Below are positions 11,820-24,519 of a stretch of 64,000 bases of DNA, piece after piece. Every line of letters begins with the position of its first letter. Position 1 is the first letter of the stretch. The stretch comes from the human T2T-CHM13v2.0 reference genome, Homo sapiens: assembly GCF_009914755.1 (NCBI RefSeq), contig NC_060944.1; one strand, given 5' to 3'. The position numbers were made by a program, and so were the translations under genes. The notes below the pieces were generated by a model. It was not told where the DNA came from. It saw only the letters and a list, made by a program, of their open reading frames with translations, and did no database searches.

Positions 11820-13254
11820 TGGGTGGGTGGGGGGCAAGGGGGGATGCTTAATGGGTATCAAAAAAATAGAATGAATAAGACCTAGTATTTGCTAGCACAA
11901 CAGAGTGACTATAGTAAAAAACAATTTAATTGTACATTTAAAAATAACTAAAACAGTATAATTGGATTGTTTGTAACACAAAGGATAAATGCTTGAGGTG
12001 ATGGATACCTCATTTACCCTGATGCGATTATTATGCATTGCATGCTTGTATCAAAATATCTCATGTAACCCTGCTACTATAAAGACACGTGCACACGTAT
12101 GTTTATTGCAGCACTATTCACAATAGCAAAGACTAGGAACCAACCCAAATGTCTATCAATAATAGACTGGATAAAGAAAATGTGGCACATATACACCATA
12201 GAATGCTATGCAGCCATAAAAAAGTATGAGTTCATGTCCTTTGCAGGGACATGGATGAAGCTGGAAACCATCATTCTCAGCAAAATATCACAAGGACAGA
12301 AAACCGGACACCACATGTTCTCGCTCATAAGTGGGAGTTGAACAATGAGAACACATGGACACGCGGGGAACATCACACACTGGGCCTGCTGGGGGGTGGG
12401 GGCTGGGGGAGGGATAGCTTTAGGAGAAATACCTAAAGTAAATGACGAGTTGATGGGTGCAGCAAACCAACATGGCACATGTATACCTATGTAACAAACC
12501 TACACGTTGTGCACATATACCCTGGAACTTAAAGTATAATAATAATAATAAAGAAAATTGTCTTCTGAATGTCCTTGGACATCTTATTTTCCAAAGACAA
12601 AATTTTCTGGACAACAGTTGGTACTGTGAGCCCAAGTCTGGTTCATAATGAAACTCAGAGAATGCATAGATTTCTTTTAAAAATAAATCTCAAGTCTTGC
12701 AGAGATCCAGCTTACCTCCTGAAAAAGGTGCGTTAAGCACCCACACCACGTTATTTCCTATGTACTACCTTGTTTATAAAAATCACTCAGATGTAGATTT
12801 TGTGAATTCTGTTTTGAGAATGTCCCAGGCTTAGAGTCCAGGCAGGCTGACTTATAGTTCTGTGCCAACCAAAAGGCTCCATATATTTAGAGGTATGGAC
12901 ATCCATCTTCTTGGCCATAGTACTCTGCTGAGGAAAACAAATCAGGAAACAAATCCTTCAGTGGGCAATGTTAATAAGCTGTGGAGTAGTTCTCTTGAAT
13001 TCTGCCACAGGCCTGACAATCCATGGCTTCTGTATACAAGGTGACACATACCATTGTACCTAGAAGCACAGACCAGCCAGCTAACTATCCCTGGTGCATG
13101 ATAGGATATTAATGTTTGTTGAATGAATGAATTATTTAATAAATACGTAATATAATGGCTCCCATTGAGAGAGCATTCACTATGAAAAAAATCTCATGTA
13201 ACCCATAAATATATGTGCTTGCTGTGTACTCACAAAAATTCAAAATTAAAAAAA
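11820..13254 (+). mobile_element. L1MA (L1MA2-like) 3' end, split by a younger L1PA insertion plus transduced DNA
   Basis: L1MA 3' UTR to ...aaatatctcatgtaaccc (12071) resumes at 13205 with ataaatatatg...cacaaaaattcaaaattaaaaaaa. Confidence 0.85.
12072..12557 (+). mobile_element. 5'-truncated L1PA5/6-like 3' end
   Basis: ORF2 C-terminus (ORF 12099-12341 MFIAALFTIAKT...SLISGS), L1PA 3' UTR, A-rich tail. Confidence 0.9.
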
Positions 13255-13984
13255 GTTTGTGACAGAAATACTAGTCAACATAATACAAGAATCTCACATA
13301 TGTTAAGGAAAAAAAAAATCAGTTAGTGAATTGAGGAGGTCAGCTCCTTTTCTGTTTTGACGGTATAGGAGAGATCATTGAAGAAGGGAAGCCATTGGTT
13401 CCCTAAAAAAGAGGGCAGATGGCAAGAGTTTTCTTCAAAGGACATTGTGGGAATACAGGAGAACCACATTTTCCAGTGTCAACACCTTGCATTGTACCAA
13501 ATGGGAAGTACAAGCCAAAATCTGTGGCCAGGATGTTTGAAGCTGTGGGCTGTGAAATTTAGTCGTGATGTGTCTCTATAGAGACATTGTAAATTCTAGG
13601 AGGACAGGGACCAACTACAACGTACTTTTCACTTGCCCCTTAGTAGTCCCCAATATGGTGCCAGGTATGTGAAGAAAAAGCATCTGTTGAATAAGTGAAA
13701 GAACATGACTTTTGAAAACCCATTTTAATCCCAGAGTGTTTCTTGAACAGTGAGCATTCTCTTTTCCCCTTGAACAAGTGGATGAGAAAATCAACAAATT
13801 AAAAATCTCATCTTGGGGTTGAGGTTTCCTTCAAGTCTTTGTTCCTCATTGATGAAAACTTAGCCTGAAGAGCTCTTCTTGTAATCCTGTAACAGCAGCT
13901 GATTACTAATGGAAATTAGTGTTAATTATATAAACACTTTGGAAATTAATACAGGGCACTTTTCCATTTAACTCAGAATTTTCA

Positions 13985-14257
13985 TTTGTATGAAAAAGAC
14001 TGATTATGGGGAAAATGAAAAAACTTTACTGAAAGATATTAAGGAATATTTAAATAAATGAGATAAATTCCATGCAGATAAATTCCATGTTTATGACCAA
14101 GAAGATGCGATGCCATAAAGGTGTTAATTTTCCCAAAATGGAGTTATAAATTCAATGCAATGCCAAGAAGAATTCCAATAAGGTTATCCTGGAACCTGGC
14201 AAGCTGATTTGAAAATTTACATGGAAGAGTAAAAAGCCAAGAATAGCCAAGACACTC
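13985..14257 (+). mobile_element. Ancient L1ME-type ORF2 fragment
   Basis: 'aaactttactgaaagatattaaggaatatttaaataaatg...aaattcaatgcaatgcc...ccaagaatagccaagacactct' decayed ORF2. Confidence 0.65.
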
Positions 14258-14426
14258 TTTTTTGTTTTTTGTTTTTTGTGTTTTTTTTTTTTTTTTTTTG
14301 GACAAATAGATTCATTCATTTATTGTATTTATTCATTCAACAAATATTTTGGGAACACTCACCAAGTGTTAGGTGCTCTGCTAGCTTCAATTAATAGAAC
14401 ACTGAATGCTGTATAAGAACTGTTTC

Positions 14427-17400
14427 TTATTTTATTTCAATAGTTTTGGGGGAACAGGTGGTTTTTGGTTACATGGATAAGTTATTTAATGGTAATTTCT
14501 GAGATATTGGTGCACCTGTCACTTGAACATTATACACTGTGCCCAATGTGTAGTCTCTTATCTCTCACCCTCTTCCCCCACCTGCTCCCCCTAAGTCCTC
14601 CACATCCATTTCATAGTTCTTTTTCTTTTTTTGTCATACAAAGTTTATTTACAGCAAATCACTGACTATCATAACTTCATATCTGCAATCTATTAGCTAT
14701 CAAATATCTTAGCTACAGTGAGCCTTGATTTCCTCATCTTTAAATTGGGATTCTGCAGGGGATAATTCTTAAATTTTGCATTTTATGTTCTCTTCTTGCA
14801 AAGGATGGAAACATTCTGTTTATTTAGAATTTTCCTCCACATTATTTTTAGTGCTACAGTCTAGAAATTAGTCTAAATACCTATCTATTGTCCATTACAT
14901 AATTCTTATGCCTTTGTGTCCTCATAGCTTAGCTCCCATATATAAGTGAGAATATGTGATACTTGGTTTTCCATTCTTGAGCTACTTCACTTAGAATAAT
15001 GGTCTCCAATTCCATCTAGGTTGCTGTGAATGCCATTATTTCATTCCTTTTTATGGCTGAGTAATATTCCATGATGTATATATACCACATTTTCTCAATC
15101 CACTCATTGGTCAATGGGCATTTAGGCTGGTCCCATATTTTTGCAATTGTGAATTGTGCTGCCATATATGTGTGTGCAAGTCTTTTTTATATAATGACTT
15201 ATTTTCCTTTGGGTAGATACCCAGTAGCTGGATTACTGGGTCAAATAGTAGTTCTACCTTCAGTTCTTTAAGGAATATCCATGCTGTTTTCCATAGTGGT
15301 TGTACTAGTTTACATTCCCACCAGCAGTGTAAAAGTGTTCTCTTTTCACCACATCCAAGCCAACACCTATTTCTTTTATGTTTTAATTATGGCCATTCTT
15401 GCAGGAGTAACGTGTTATCTCACTGTGGTTTTAATTTGCATTTCCCTGATAATTAGTGACATCGAGCATTTTTTTCACATGTTTGTTGGCCATTTGTATA
15501 TCTTCTTTTGATAACTGTCTATTCATGTCCTTTGCCCACTTTTCAATGGGATTATTTGTTTTTTTCTTGCTGATTTGTTGAGTTCCTTGTAGATTCTGGA
15601 TATTAGTCCTTTGTCAATGATGCATAGTTTGTGAATATTTTCTTCCATTCTGTGGATTGTCTGTTTACTCTACTGACTATTTCTTTTGCTGTGCAGAAGC
15701 CTTTTAGTTTAAGTAGGTCCCATCTATTTATTTTTATTTTTGTTGCATTTGCTTTTGGGTTCTTCACCATAAACTCTTTTCCTAAGTCAATGTCTGGAAG
15801 AGTTTTTCTAATGTTATCTTCTAGAATTTTTATAGTTTCAGGTCTAAGATTTAAGTCTTTGATCCCTCTTTAGTTAATTGTTGTACAGGGTGAGAGATGA
15901 GGGTCCAGTTTCATTCTTCTACATGTGGTTTGCCAATTATCCCAGGATCATTTGTTGAATAGGGTGTCCCTCCCCCACTTTATGTTTTTGTTTGCTTTTG
16001 TCAAAGACCAGTTGGCTGTAAGTATTTGGCTTTATTTTTGGGTTCTTTATTCTGTTTCCTTGGCCTATGTGCTTATTTTTATACAAGTACTATGCTGTTT
16101 TGGTAACCATAGCCTTGTAGTATAGTTTGAAGTCAAGTAATGTGATGCCTCTAGATTTGTTTTTTTGCTTAGTCTTGCTTTGGCTATGTGAGCCTTTTTT
16201 TTTTTTTTTTGGTTCCATATGAATTTTAGGATTGTTTTTTCTAGTTCGTGAAGAATTATGATAGTACTTTGATGGAAATTCCATCGAATCTGTACATTGC
16301 TTTTGACAGTATGGTCATTTTGACAATATTGAGTCTACATATCCATGAACATAGGATGTGTTTCCATTTGTTTGGGTCATTGATGATTTCTTTCAGCAGT
16401 GTTTTATAGTTTTCCTTGTAGAGATCTTTCACCTCCTTGGTTAGGTATATTCCTAAGTAATTTTTTTTTTTTTAGCAGCTGTTGTAAAAGGGATTGAGTT
16501 CTTGATTTGTTTCTCAGCTTGGTCATTGTTGGCGTATAGCAGTGCTACTGATATGTGTACATTGATTTTGTATCCTGAAACTTTATCGAATTTATCAGAT
16601 GTAGGAGCTTTTTGGATGAGTCTTTAAGGTTTATTTGGTATATGATCCTATCTTTGGTGAACAGCGACAGTTTGACTTCCTTTTTATCAATTTGGATGCC
16701 ATTTATTTCTTTCTCTTGTCTGATTGTTCTGGCTAGGACTTCCAATACTGTGTTGAAGACAAGTTTTGAAAGTGGGCATCCTTGTCTTGTTCCAATTCTT
16801 AGGGGGAATGCTTTCAACTTTTCCCAGTTTAGTATAATGTTGGCTGTGGGTTTGTCATAGGTGGCTTTTATTACTTTGAGGTATATTCCCTGTATGCCAT
16901 TTTTTGCTGAGGGTTTTCATCATAAAGGAAAGCTGGATTTTGTCAAATCCTTTTTCTGTATCTATTGAGATGATCACATGGTTTTTGTTTTTAATTCCCT
17001 TTATGTGATGCATCGCATTTATTGACTTGCTTATGTTAAATCATCCCTGGATCCCTGATATGAAACCCACTTGATCATGGTGTATTCTCTTTTTGATATG
17101 TTGGATTCATTTATTTAGTATTTTGTTGAGGATTTTTGCATCCATGTTCATCAGGGATATTGGTCTGTAGTTTTCTGTTTTGTTTTGTTTTTTCTATGTC
17201 CTTTCCTGGTTTTGGTATTAGGGTGATACTGGCTTCATAGAATAATTTAAAGAGGATTCCTTCTTTATCTTTTGGAATAGTTTCATCAAGATTGGTACCA
17301 ATTCTTCTTTGAATGTCTGATAGAATTTAGCTGTGAATCCATCTGGTCCTGGACTTTTTTTGTTGTTGGCAATTTAAATTTGCTGTTTTAAAATTACCGT

Positions 17401-20400
17401 TTCAATCTTGCTACTTGTTATTGGTGTGTTCATGTTTTCTACTTTTTCCTGACTTAATCTAGGAGGCTTGTATATTTCCAGGAATTTATCCATCTCCTCT
17501 AAATTTTCTGGTTTGTGCATGTAAAGGTGTTCATAGTAACCTTAAATGATCTTTTGTATTTCTGTGATATCAGTTGTAATATCTCCCATTTCATTTCTAA
17601 TTGAGCTTATTTGGATCTTCTCTCTTTTCTTCTTGGTTAATCTCACTAATGGTCTATTAATTTGGTTTATATTTTCAAAGAACCAGCTTTTTGTTTTATT
17701 TATCTTTTGTATTTTTTGTTTCAATTTTATTTAGTTCTGCTCTGACCTTTTTATTTCTTTTCTTCTGCTGGGTTTGGGTTTGGTTTGTTCTTGTTTCTCT
17801 AGTTCCTTGAGGTATGACCTTAGATTATCTATTTACACTCTTTCAGACTTTTTTAATATAGGCATTTAATGCTATGAACTTTCCTTGTAGCACTGCTTTT
17901 GCTCTATTCCAAAGATTTTGCTAAGTTTTGCCACTATTATCATTCAGCTCAAAGAATTTTTAAATTACCATCTTGATTTTATTGTTAACCCAAAGATCAT
18001 TCAAGAGCAGACTTAAAAGTTTTTTATGCATTTGTATAGTTGTGAAGGTTCCTTTTGGAGTTACTTTGCAGTTTTATTCTACTGTTGTTTGAGAGGATAC
18101 TTGATATAATTTTAATTTTCTTAAATTTATTGAGACTTGTTTTGTGACCTATTATGTGGTATATCTTGGAGAATGTCCCAAATGCTGATGAAAAGAATGT
18201 ATATTCTGCAGTTGTTGGGTAGCATGTTCTGTAAATATCTGTTAAGTCCATTAGTTCTAGGGTATAGTTTAGGTACATTGTTTCTTTGTTGACCTTCTCT
18301 CTTGATGACCTGTTTAGTGTTGTCAGTGGAGCATTGAAGTCCCCCACTATTATTATGTTGCTGTCTATCCCATTTCTTAGGTCTAGTAGTAATTGTTTTG
18401 TAAATTTGCTAGCTCCAATGTTAGGTGCATATATATTTAGGATTGTAAATTTTCCTGTTGGACTAATCGTTTTATTATTATGTTATGTTTCTTGTCTATT
18501 TTTACGTTGTTGCTTTAAAGTCTGTTTTGTCTGATATAAGAATAGCTACTCCTGCTCACTTTTGGTTTCCATTTGTGTGGAATATCTTTTTCTACCCCTT
18601 TACCTTAAGTTTATGTGAGTCCTTATGTGTTAGATGAGTCTCTTGAAGACAGTGGATACTTGGTTGGTAGATTTTTATCCATTCTACCATCCCGTATCTT
18701 TTAAGTGGAGCATTTAGGCCATTTACATTCAACATTACTATTGAGACGTGAGGTACTATTCTATTCATCATGCTCGTTGTTGCCTTAATACCTTTTTTGT
18801 CATTGTGGTTTTTTTTATAGGCCCTGTGAGATTTATGCTTTAAGGAGGTTCTATTTTGGTGTATTTCAAGGTTTCATCTCAAGATTTAGAATTCCTTTTA
18901 GCATTTCTTGTAGTGCTGACTTAGTAGTGGCAAATTCTCTCAGAATTTTTTTGTCTGAAAAAGACTTTATCTCTCCTTCATTTATGAAGCTTAGTTTTGA
19001 TGGATACAAAATTCTTGGCTAGCAATTATTTTATTTCAAAAGGCTAATGATGGGACCCTGATCCCTTCTGGCTTGTAAGATTTCTGCTGAGAAATCTGCT
19101 GTTAATCTGGTAAGTTTTCCTTTGTAGGCTACTTGATGCTTTTGTCTCACAGCTCTAAAGATTCTTTCCTTTGTCTTGACTTTAGGTAACCCTATGACCA
19201 TGTGCCTAGGTGACGATCTTTTTGTGATGAATTTCCCAGATGTTCTTTGAGCTTCTCATACTTGAATGTCTAGATCTCTAGCAAGGCCAGGGAAGTTTTC
19301 CTCAATTATTCCCTCAAATAAGTTTTCCAAACTTTTAGGTTTCTCTTTTTCCTCAGGGACACCAATCATTCTTAGGTTTGGCCATTTAACATAATCCCTA
19401 ATTTCTTGGAAGCTATTTTTTTTTTTTTCATTTTTCTTTGTCATTGTCTAATTTGAAAGCCTTTTCTTCAAGCTCTAAAGTTCTTTCTTCTACTTGTTCT
19501 AGTATATTGTCGAAACTTTCCACTCCATTTTGTATTTCTCTAACTGTGTCTTTCATTTCTAGAAGTTGTGATTGTTTTTTTCTTTATCATATATATTTCT
19601 AAGGAGAATTTTTCATCCATATACTGTATGTTTTTTTAATTTCTTTTAATTGATTTTCACCTTTCTCTGATATCTCCTTGAGGAGCTTAATAATCAACCT
19701 TCTGAATTCTTTACCTGGCAATTCAGAGATTTCTTTTTGGTTTGGATCTACTGCTGGGGAGCTGGTGTGATCTTGTGAGAGTGTTACAGAACCTTGTTTT
19801 GTCATATTACCGGAACTACTTTTCTGGTTCCTTTTCATCTAGGAAGACTATTTCAGTGGAATGGTCTCCAAATCAAGACCTGCTGTTTAGATTATCTTGT
19901 CTTGTGGGGCAATCCCTTGATGTGGTGTTCTCCTCTTTCCCCTAGGAATGGGGCTTCCTGAGAGCTGGACTGCAGTGATTGTTATTGTTCTTCTGGGTCT
20001 AGTGGGGCTGGTAGTGGGGCTACTAGGATCTGGGCTGGTACTAGGGAATGTCTGCAAAGAGTCCTTTGATGTGATCCAACTTCAGGTCTCTCAGCCATGG
20101 ATACAAGCACCTGTTCTGGTGAAGGTGGCAGGGAAGTGAAGTATACTCTGTGAGTCCTTGGTTGTAGAAAGATTTAGTCTGCTAGCTTTCTCAGATACTG
20201 GTTATGCTAGCAGTGAAGTTGTCATGTGGACACACTCAGGACCTCTGGTTAGCCAGGATGCTGCAGGTGGTGGAATTAATTGTTGTCTTCTCCTTCCTGG
20301 GATCAGGATTATTCAGTCATGAGTTGCTGTGATGGTCCGTGTTTGTTGGCCTCCAGCCAGGAGGTGGCATTTTGAAGAGTGTACCAGCTGCAGTAGTAGT

Positions 20401-20486
20401 AGGGGGATCTAAGCTTGCCCTAAGTTGGCCAGGATAAATATTTTGGTTTCTCAGGTGATGGGTGGGGCCATAAAGCTCCCAAGAGT
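14427..20486 (-). mobile_element. L1PB (L1PB1/2-like), lacking the distal 5' UTR
   Basis: L1PB 3' end 'tatttcaatagttttgggggaacaggtggtttttggttacatgg'; ORF2 fragments (16545-16817, 18024-18347), ORF1 fragments (19256-19444, 19599-19838), partial 5' UTR homologous to 52500-52900. Confidence 0.9.
14622..14890 (-). other. Polyadenylated non-L1 retro-insert (orphan transduction or truncated retrocopy) inside the L1PB 3' UTR
   Basis: Poly-T 14620-14632, AATAAA(-) 14644-14649, 17-bp TSD with 2 mismatches (14605-14621 / 14891-14907). Confidence 0.75.
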
Positions 20487-20587
20487 TTCTTTCTTTTTTC
20501 TTTTTCTTTTTTTTCTTTCTTTTCTTTTCTTTTTTTTTTCTTTTTTCTTTTTTTTTGGTGACAGTCTTGCACTGTCGCCTGGGCTGG
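20487..20587 (-). mobile_element. Extremely 5'-truncated Alu stub (31 bp) with ~70-nt T/C-rich tail
   Basis: T-rich tract 20486-20556 followed by ggtgacagtcttgcactgtcgcctgggctgg. Confidence 0.7.
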
Positions 20588-21445
20588 TTCAGAAGCATGT
20601 AGTTTAATGTCCATGTATTTGTGTGTTTTCCAAGACTCCTTCTGTTATTGATTTCTAGTTTTATTTCTATTATGGTTAGAAAAGATACTTGATATTATTT
20701 CAGTCTTTTAAAGTTTGTTAAGACTTGTTTGTGGCCTAACATATGATCTAGCCTAGAGAATTCTTTGTAGGTGCTAGAGAAGAATGTGCATTCTTTTGCA
20801 GTTGGATAGAGAGTTCTATATATGTCTGTTAGATCCATCTGGTCTAAAGTGTTGTTCAAATCCGCTATTTCCCTATTGATTTTCTGTCTGGATGATCTGT
20901 TCACTGTTGAAAGTGGAGTATTTAACTCTCCTAGTATTGTTGTATTGTAGTCTATCTCATCCTTCAGATCTATTAATATTGCTTTATATGTTTATGTGCT
21001 CCAATGTTAGGTGCATATATATTTAAAGTTGTTATGTCCTCTTTATGAATGAATACCTTTATCATAGTATAATAACCTTCTTCATCTCTTTATACAGTTT
21101 TTGACTTAAAGTTTATTTTGTCTGATACAAATATAGCCACCCCTGCTCTTTTTTGGTTACCATTTGACTGAACTATCTTTTGTCATCCTTTCACTCTCAA
21201 ACTATGTGTGTCTTTAAGATTAAAATGAATCTCTTACAGGCAGCATATTATTGGATCTTAATTCATCCGGCCACTCTGTGTCTTTTAATTGGAGAATTTA
21301 ACCTATTTACATATAAAGTGGTTATTGATAGGTAAGAACTTGCTACTGGCATTTTGTTAATTTTTTACTAGCTAGTTTATATTTCTCTTATTCCTCACTT
21401 CCAATCACTTTCTTTGCAATTTGTTGTATTTTTATAGTGGTATGA

Positions 21446-21816
<371 letters not shown>

Positions 21817-22200
21817 TAAGCTAATAGTTCCTTAACTTCAGTAGCATACAAAGGCTCTACAATTATACTTCTCCTTCTCCCCACATTTTATGCTATTAGT
21901 ATCATCTATTTATATTATGTATTCATTAACCAATTTTTTTACAGCTCTAGTTTTTTAAATCAATTTGTCTTTTAACTTTTTAAATTAATTTGTCTAGAAT
22001 TATGACTGATTCATATTTCCCTTACAGTATTCAGAATTTGAGTATGTTTACCTTTACCAGTGAGTTTCATACTTTCATATGTTTTCATAGTTATCCTTTT
22101 ATTTCAAATAACTCCTTTTAGCATTTCTTGTAAGGCAGGTCTTGTGTTGATAAACTTCTTCAGGTTTTGTAAGTCTTGGAATATTTGTATCTCTCCTTCA

Positions 22201-22472
22201 TTTCTTTTTTTCCTCTTCCTTTCTTTTAGAGACAGGGGCTCATTCTGTCACCCTGGCTAGAGGGCAGTGGTGCAATCATAGCTCATTGCAACCTCAAACA
22301 CCTGGGTTCAAGCTATCCTCCTGCCTCAGCCTCTTGAATAGCTAGGACTGCAGCTGTGCACCACCATGGCTGGCTAATTTTAAAATTATTTTTTGCAGAG
22401 ACAAGGTTTTACTATGTTGCCCAGGCTGGTCTTGAATTCCTGGACGCAAGCAATTCTCTTACCTCCCAAAGT
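22201..22472 (-). mobile_element. AluJ, lacking ~40 nt of 5' end
   Basis: T/C tail then Alu right arm and most of left arm, ending ...cctcccaaagt; no TSD seen. Confidence 0.85.
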
Positions 22473-22691
22473 ACAGGACCACAATTGGCAGGACTGCAGC
22501 CTGGGTGTGTGTCTGCAGTTTCAAAATGACCCTCTCAGGTTTTGAGCTTCATCAAGATTTTATAACCTCTACCTAAATCCCATGGTTCCTGCGAAAAGAC
22601 TTTTGTCTGCGGATAGGTGGAGAATTGTTGTGGTTTGTGGGGGGATGTGAGCGAGTGACTTCTTATTCCATTATCTTGGTAATATCACTTC

Positions 22692-23450
22692 CTATTTCTT
22701 TAAGTGCTAGGTAGAATTCAGCTATGAAACCCTTCAAATCTGGGCTTTTCTTTGTTAGGAAGTTTTTGATTACCGATTCAGTCTCCTTACTAGTTATTGG
22801 TCTGTTTAGATTTTTCTATTTCCTCATGATTTTGTCTGGTAGGTTGTACATTTTCTGGAATGTATCAATTTCTTCTAGGTTATTCAATTTGCTGGTGTAA
22901 AGAATATCTATACCTGTAATGGAATAGTCTTCATCTATAAAAAAGAAGAAAATCCTGCCATTTGCAGCAACATGGAAAAACCTGGAGAATAGTACACTAA
23001 ACGGAATAAACCAGACATAGAAAGACAAATATTGTATGATCTCACTTACATGTGAAATCTAAAAGTCAAACTTATATAAGCAAAGAGTAGGACTGTGGTT
23101 TCCAGGGGCAGGGAGGTATGAAAAATGGGAAGATGTTGATCAAGGGGTATAAACTTGAAGTTATAAGGTGAATAAATTCTGTTGATCTAATGTACAGCGT
23201 GGTGACTATAGTTGTATTGTTTGCTTGAAATATGATAAAAGAGCAGTTTTTATGTGCCTTCACAACACACACACACACACACAAAATGCACACATACACA
23301 TAGTAACTCTAGGTGGTGATGGATATGTTAAGTAGTTTGATTGTGGTAAGCATTACACAATGTATACATACATCAAATCATGCTGTACACCTGGTATATA
23401 TACAATTTTTATTTGTCAATCAAATATTTAAAAAGAAAAGAAAAGAAAAG
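22692..23450. mobile_element. L1MA (L1MA9-like): antisense ORF2 piece (22692-22900) joined to sense 3' end (22901-23450)
   Basis: Minus-strand 'KLNNLEEIDTF' ORF2 peptide abuts plus-strand 3' UTR ending tacaatttttatttgtcaat + A-rich tail; possibly an old 5' inversion. Confidence 0.7.
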
Positions 23451-24127
23451 CAGGAGGATTTCTGCTTCTGGGAAGATGTAGATGTACTTTTCCCAAGGAA
23501 TGATAGGAGGTGAGTTCTCTGTCCTGGTTTTGTTTGTTTTTTGCTTCATACATCTCAGACTGGAAGGCAAAGAAGCTAGCAGCCTGGAAATGTCAATGGA
23601 TGCAGACAGAAAAAAAAAGTCCAAGTGAAGTCTGCTCTCTCCAGCCAAAGGGCCAGGAAAGCTTAGAAATACAGACATATTTTAGAGAATAACTGTTCTA
23701 CTCTAGCCAAACACCACAAAAAGTATGGCCCCATTCCCAGCCCTGCCAACAAATGTTGAGTGGAGGGCCTACACTTTCAGCCTTGCCAGGCTATAAAATG
23801 ACTCCCCATACCTCCTGGACAAGATGCTGTCAGAATAGATTGAGTAGGTAGCCCAGACTTTCCTCTCCACTGGGAAATAATGAGGTGATTCTTTATACCA
23901 CAGCGTCAATGGAAAGCACTTGGAAAGCCTGGGTACCTCCTCCACCTGGCAGTAATAAGGCTGCCCTCCCCTTATCAGGTATCAGTAGAGATCAGGTGGG
24001 GAATCTGGCCTTCTACCCACAGGTAAAAGTAATGAGGCGGCGCTCTTCTCCTCTTCCCTGCTGGAGCAGCGTCAGAAGCCAACTAAAACAGGAGTTTTAA
24101 ATAAGACCCAGAGTTTCAAAATGTTCA

Positions 24128-24519
<392 letters not shown>

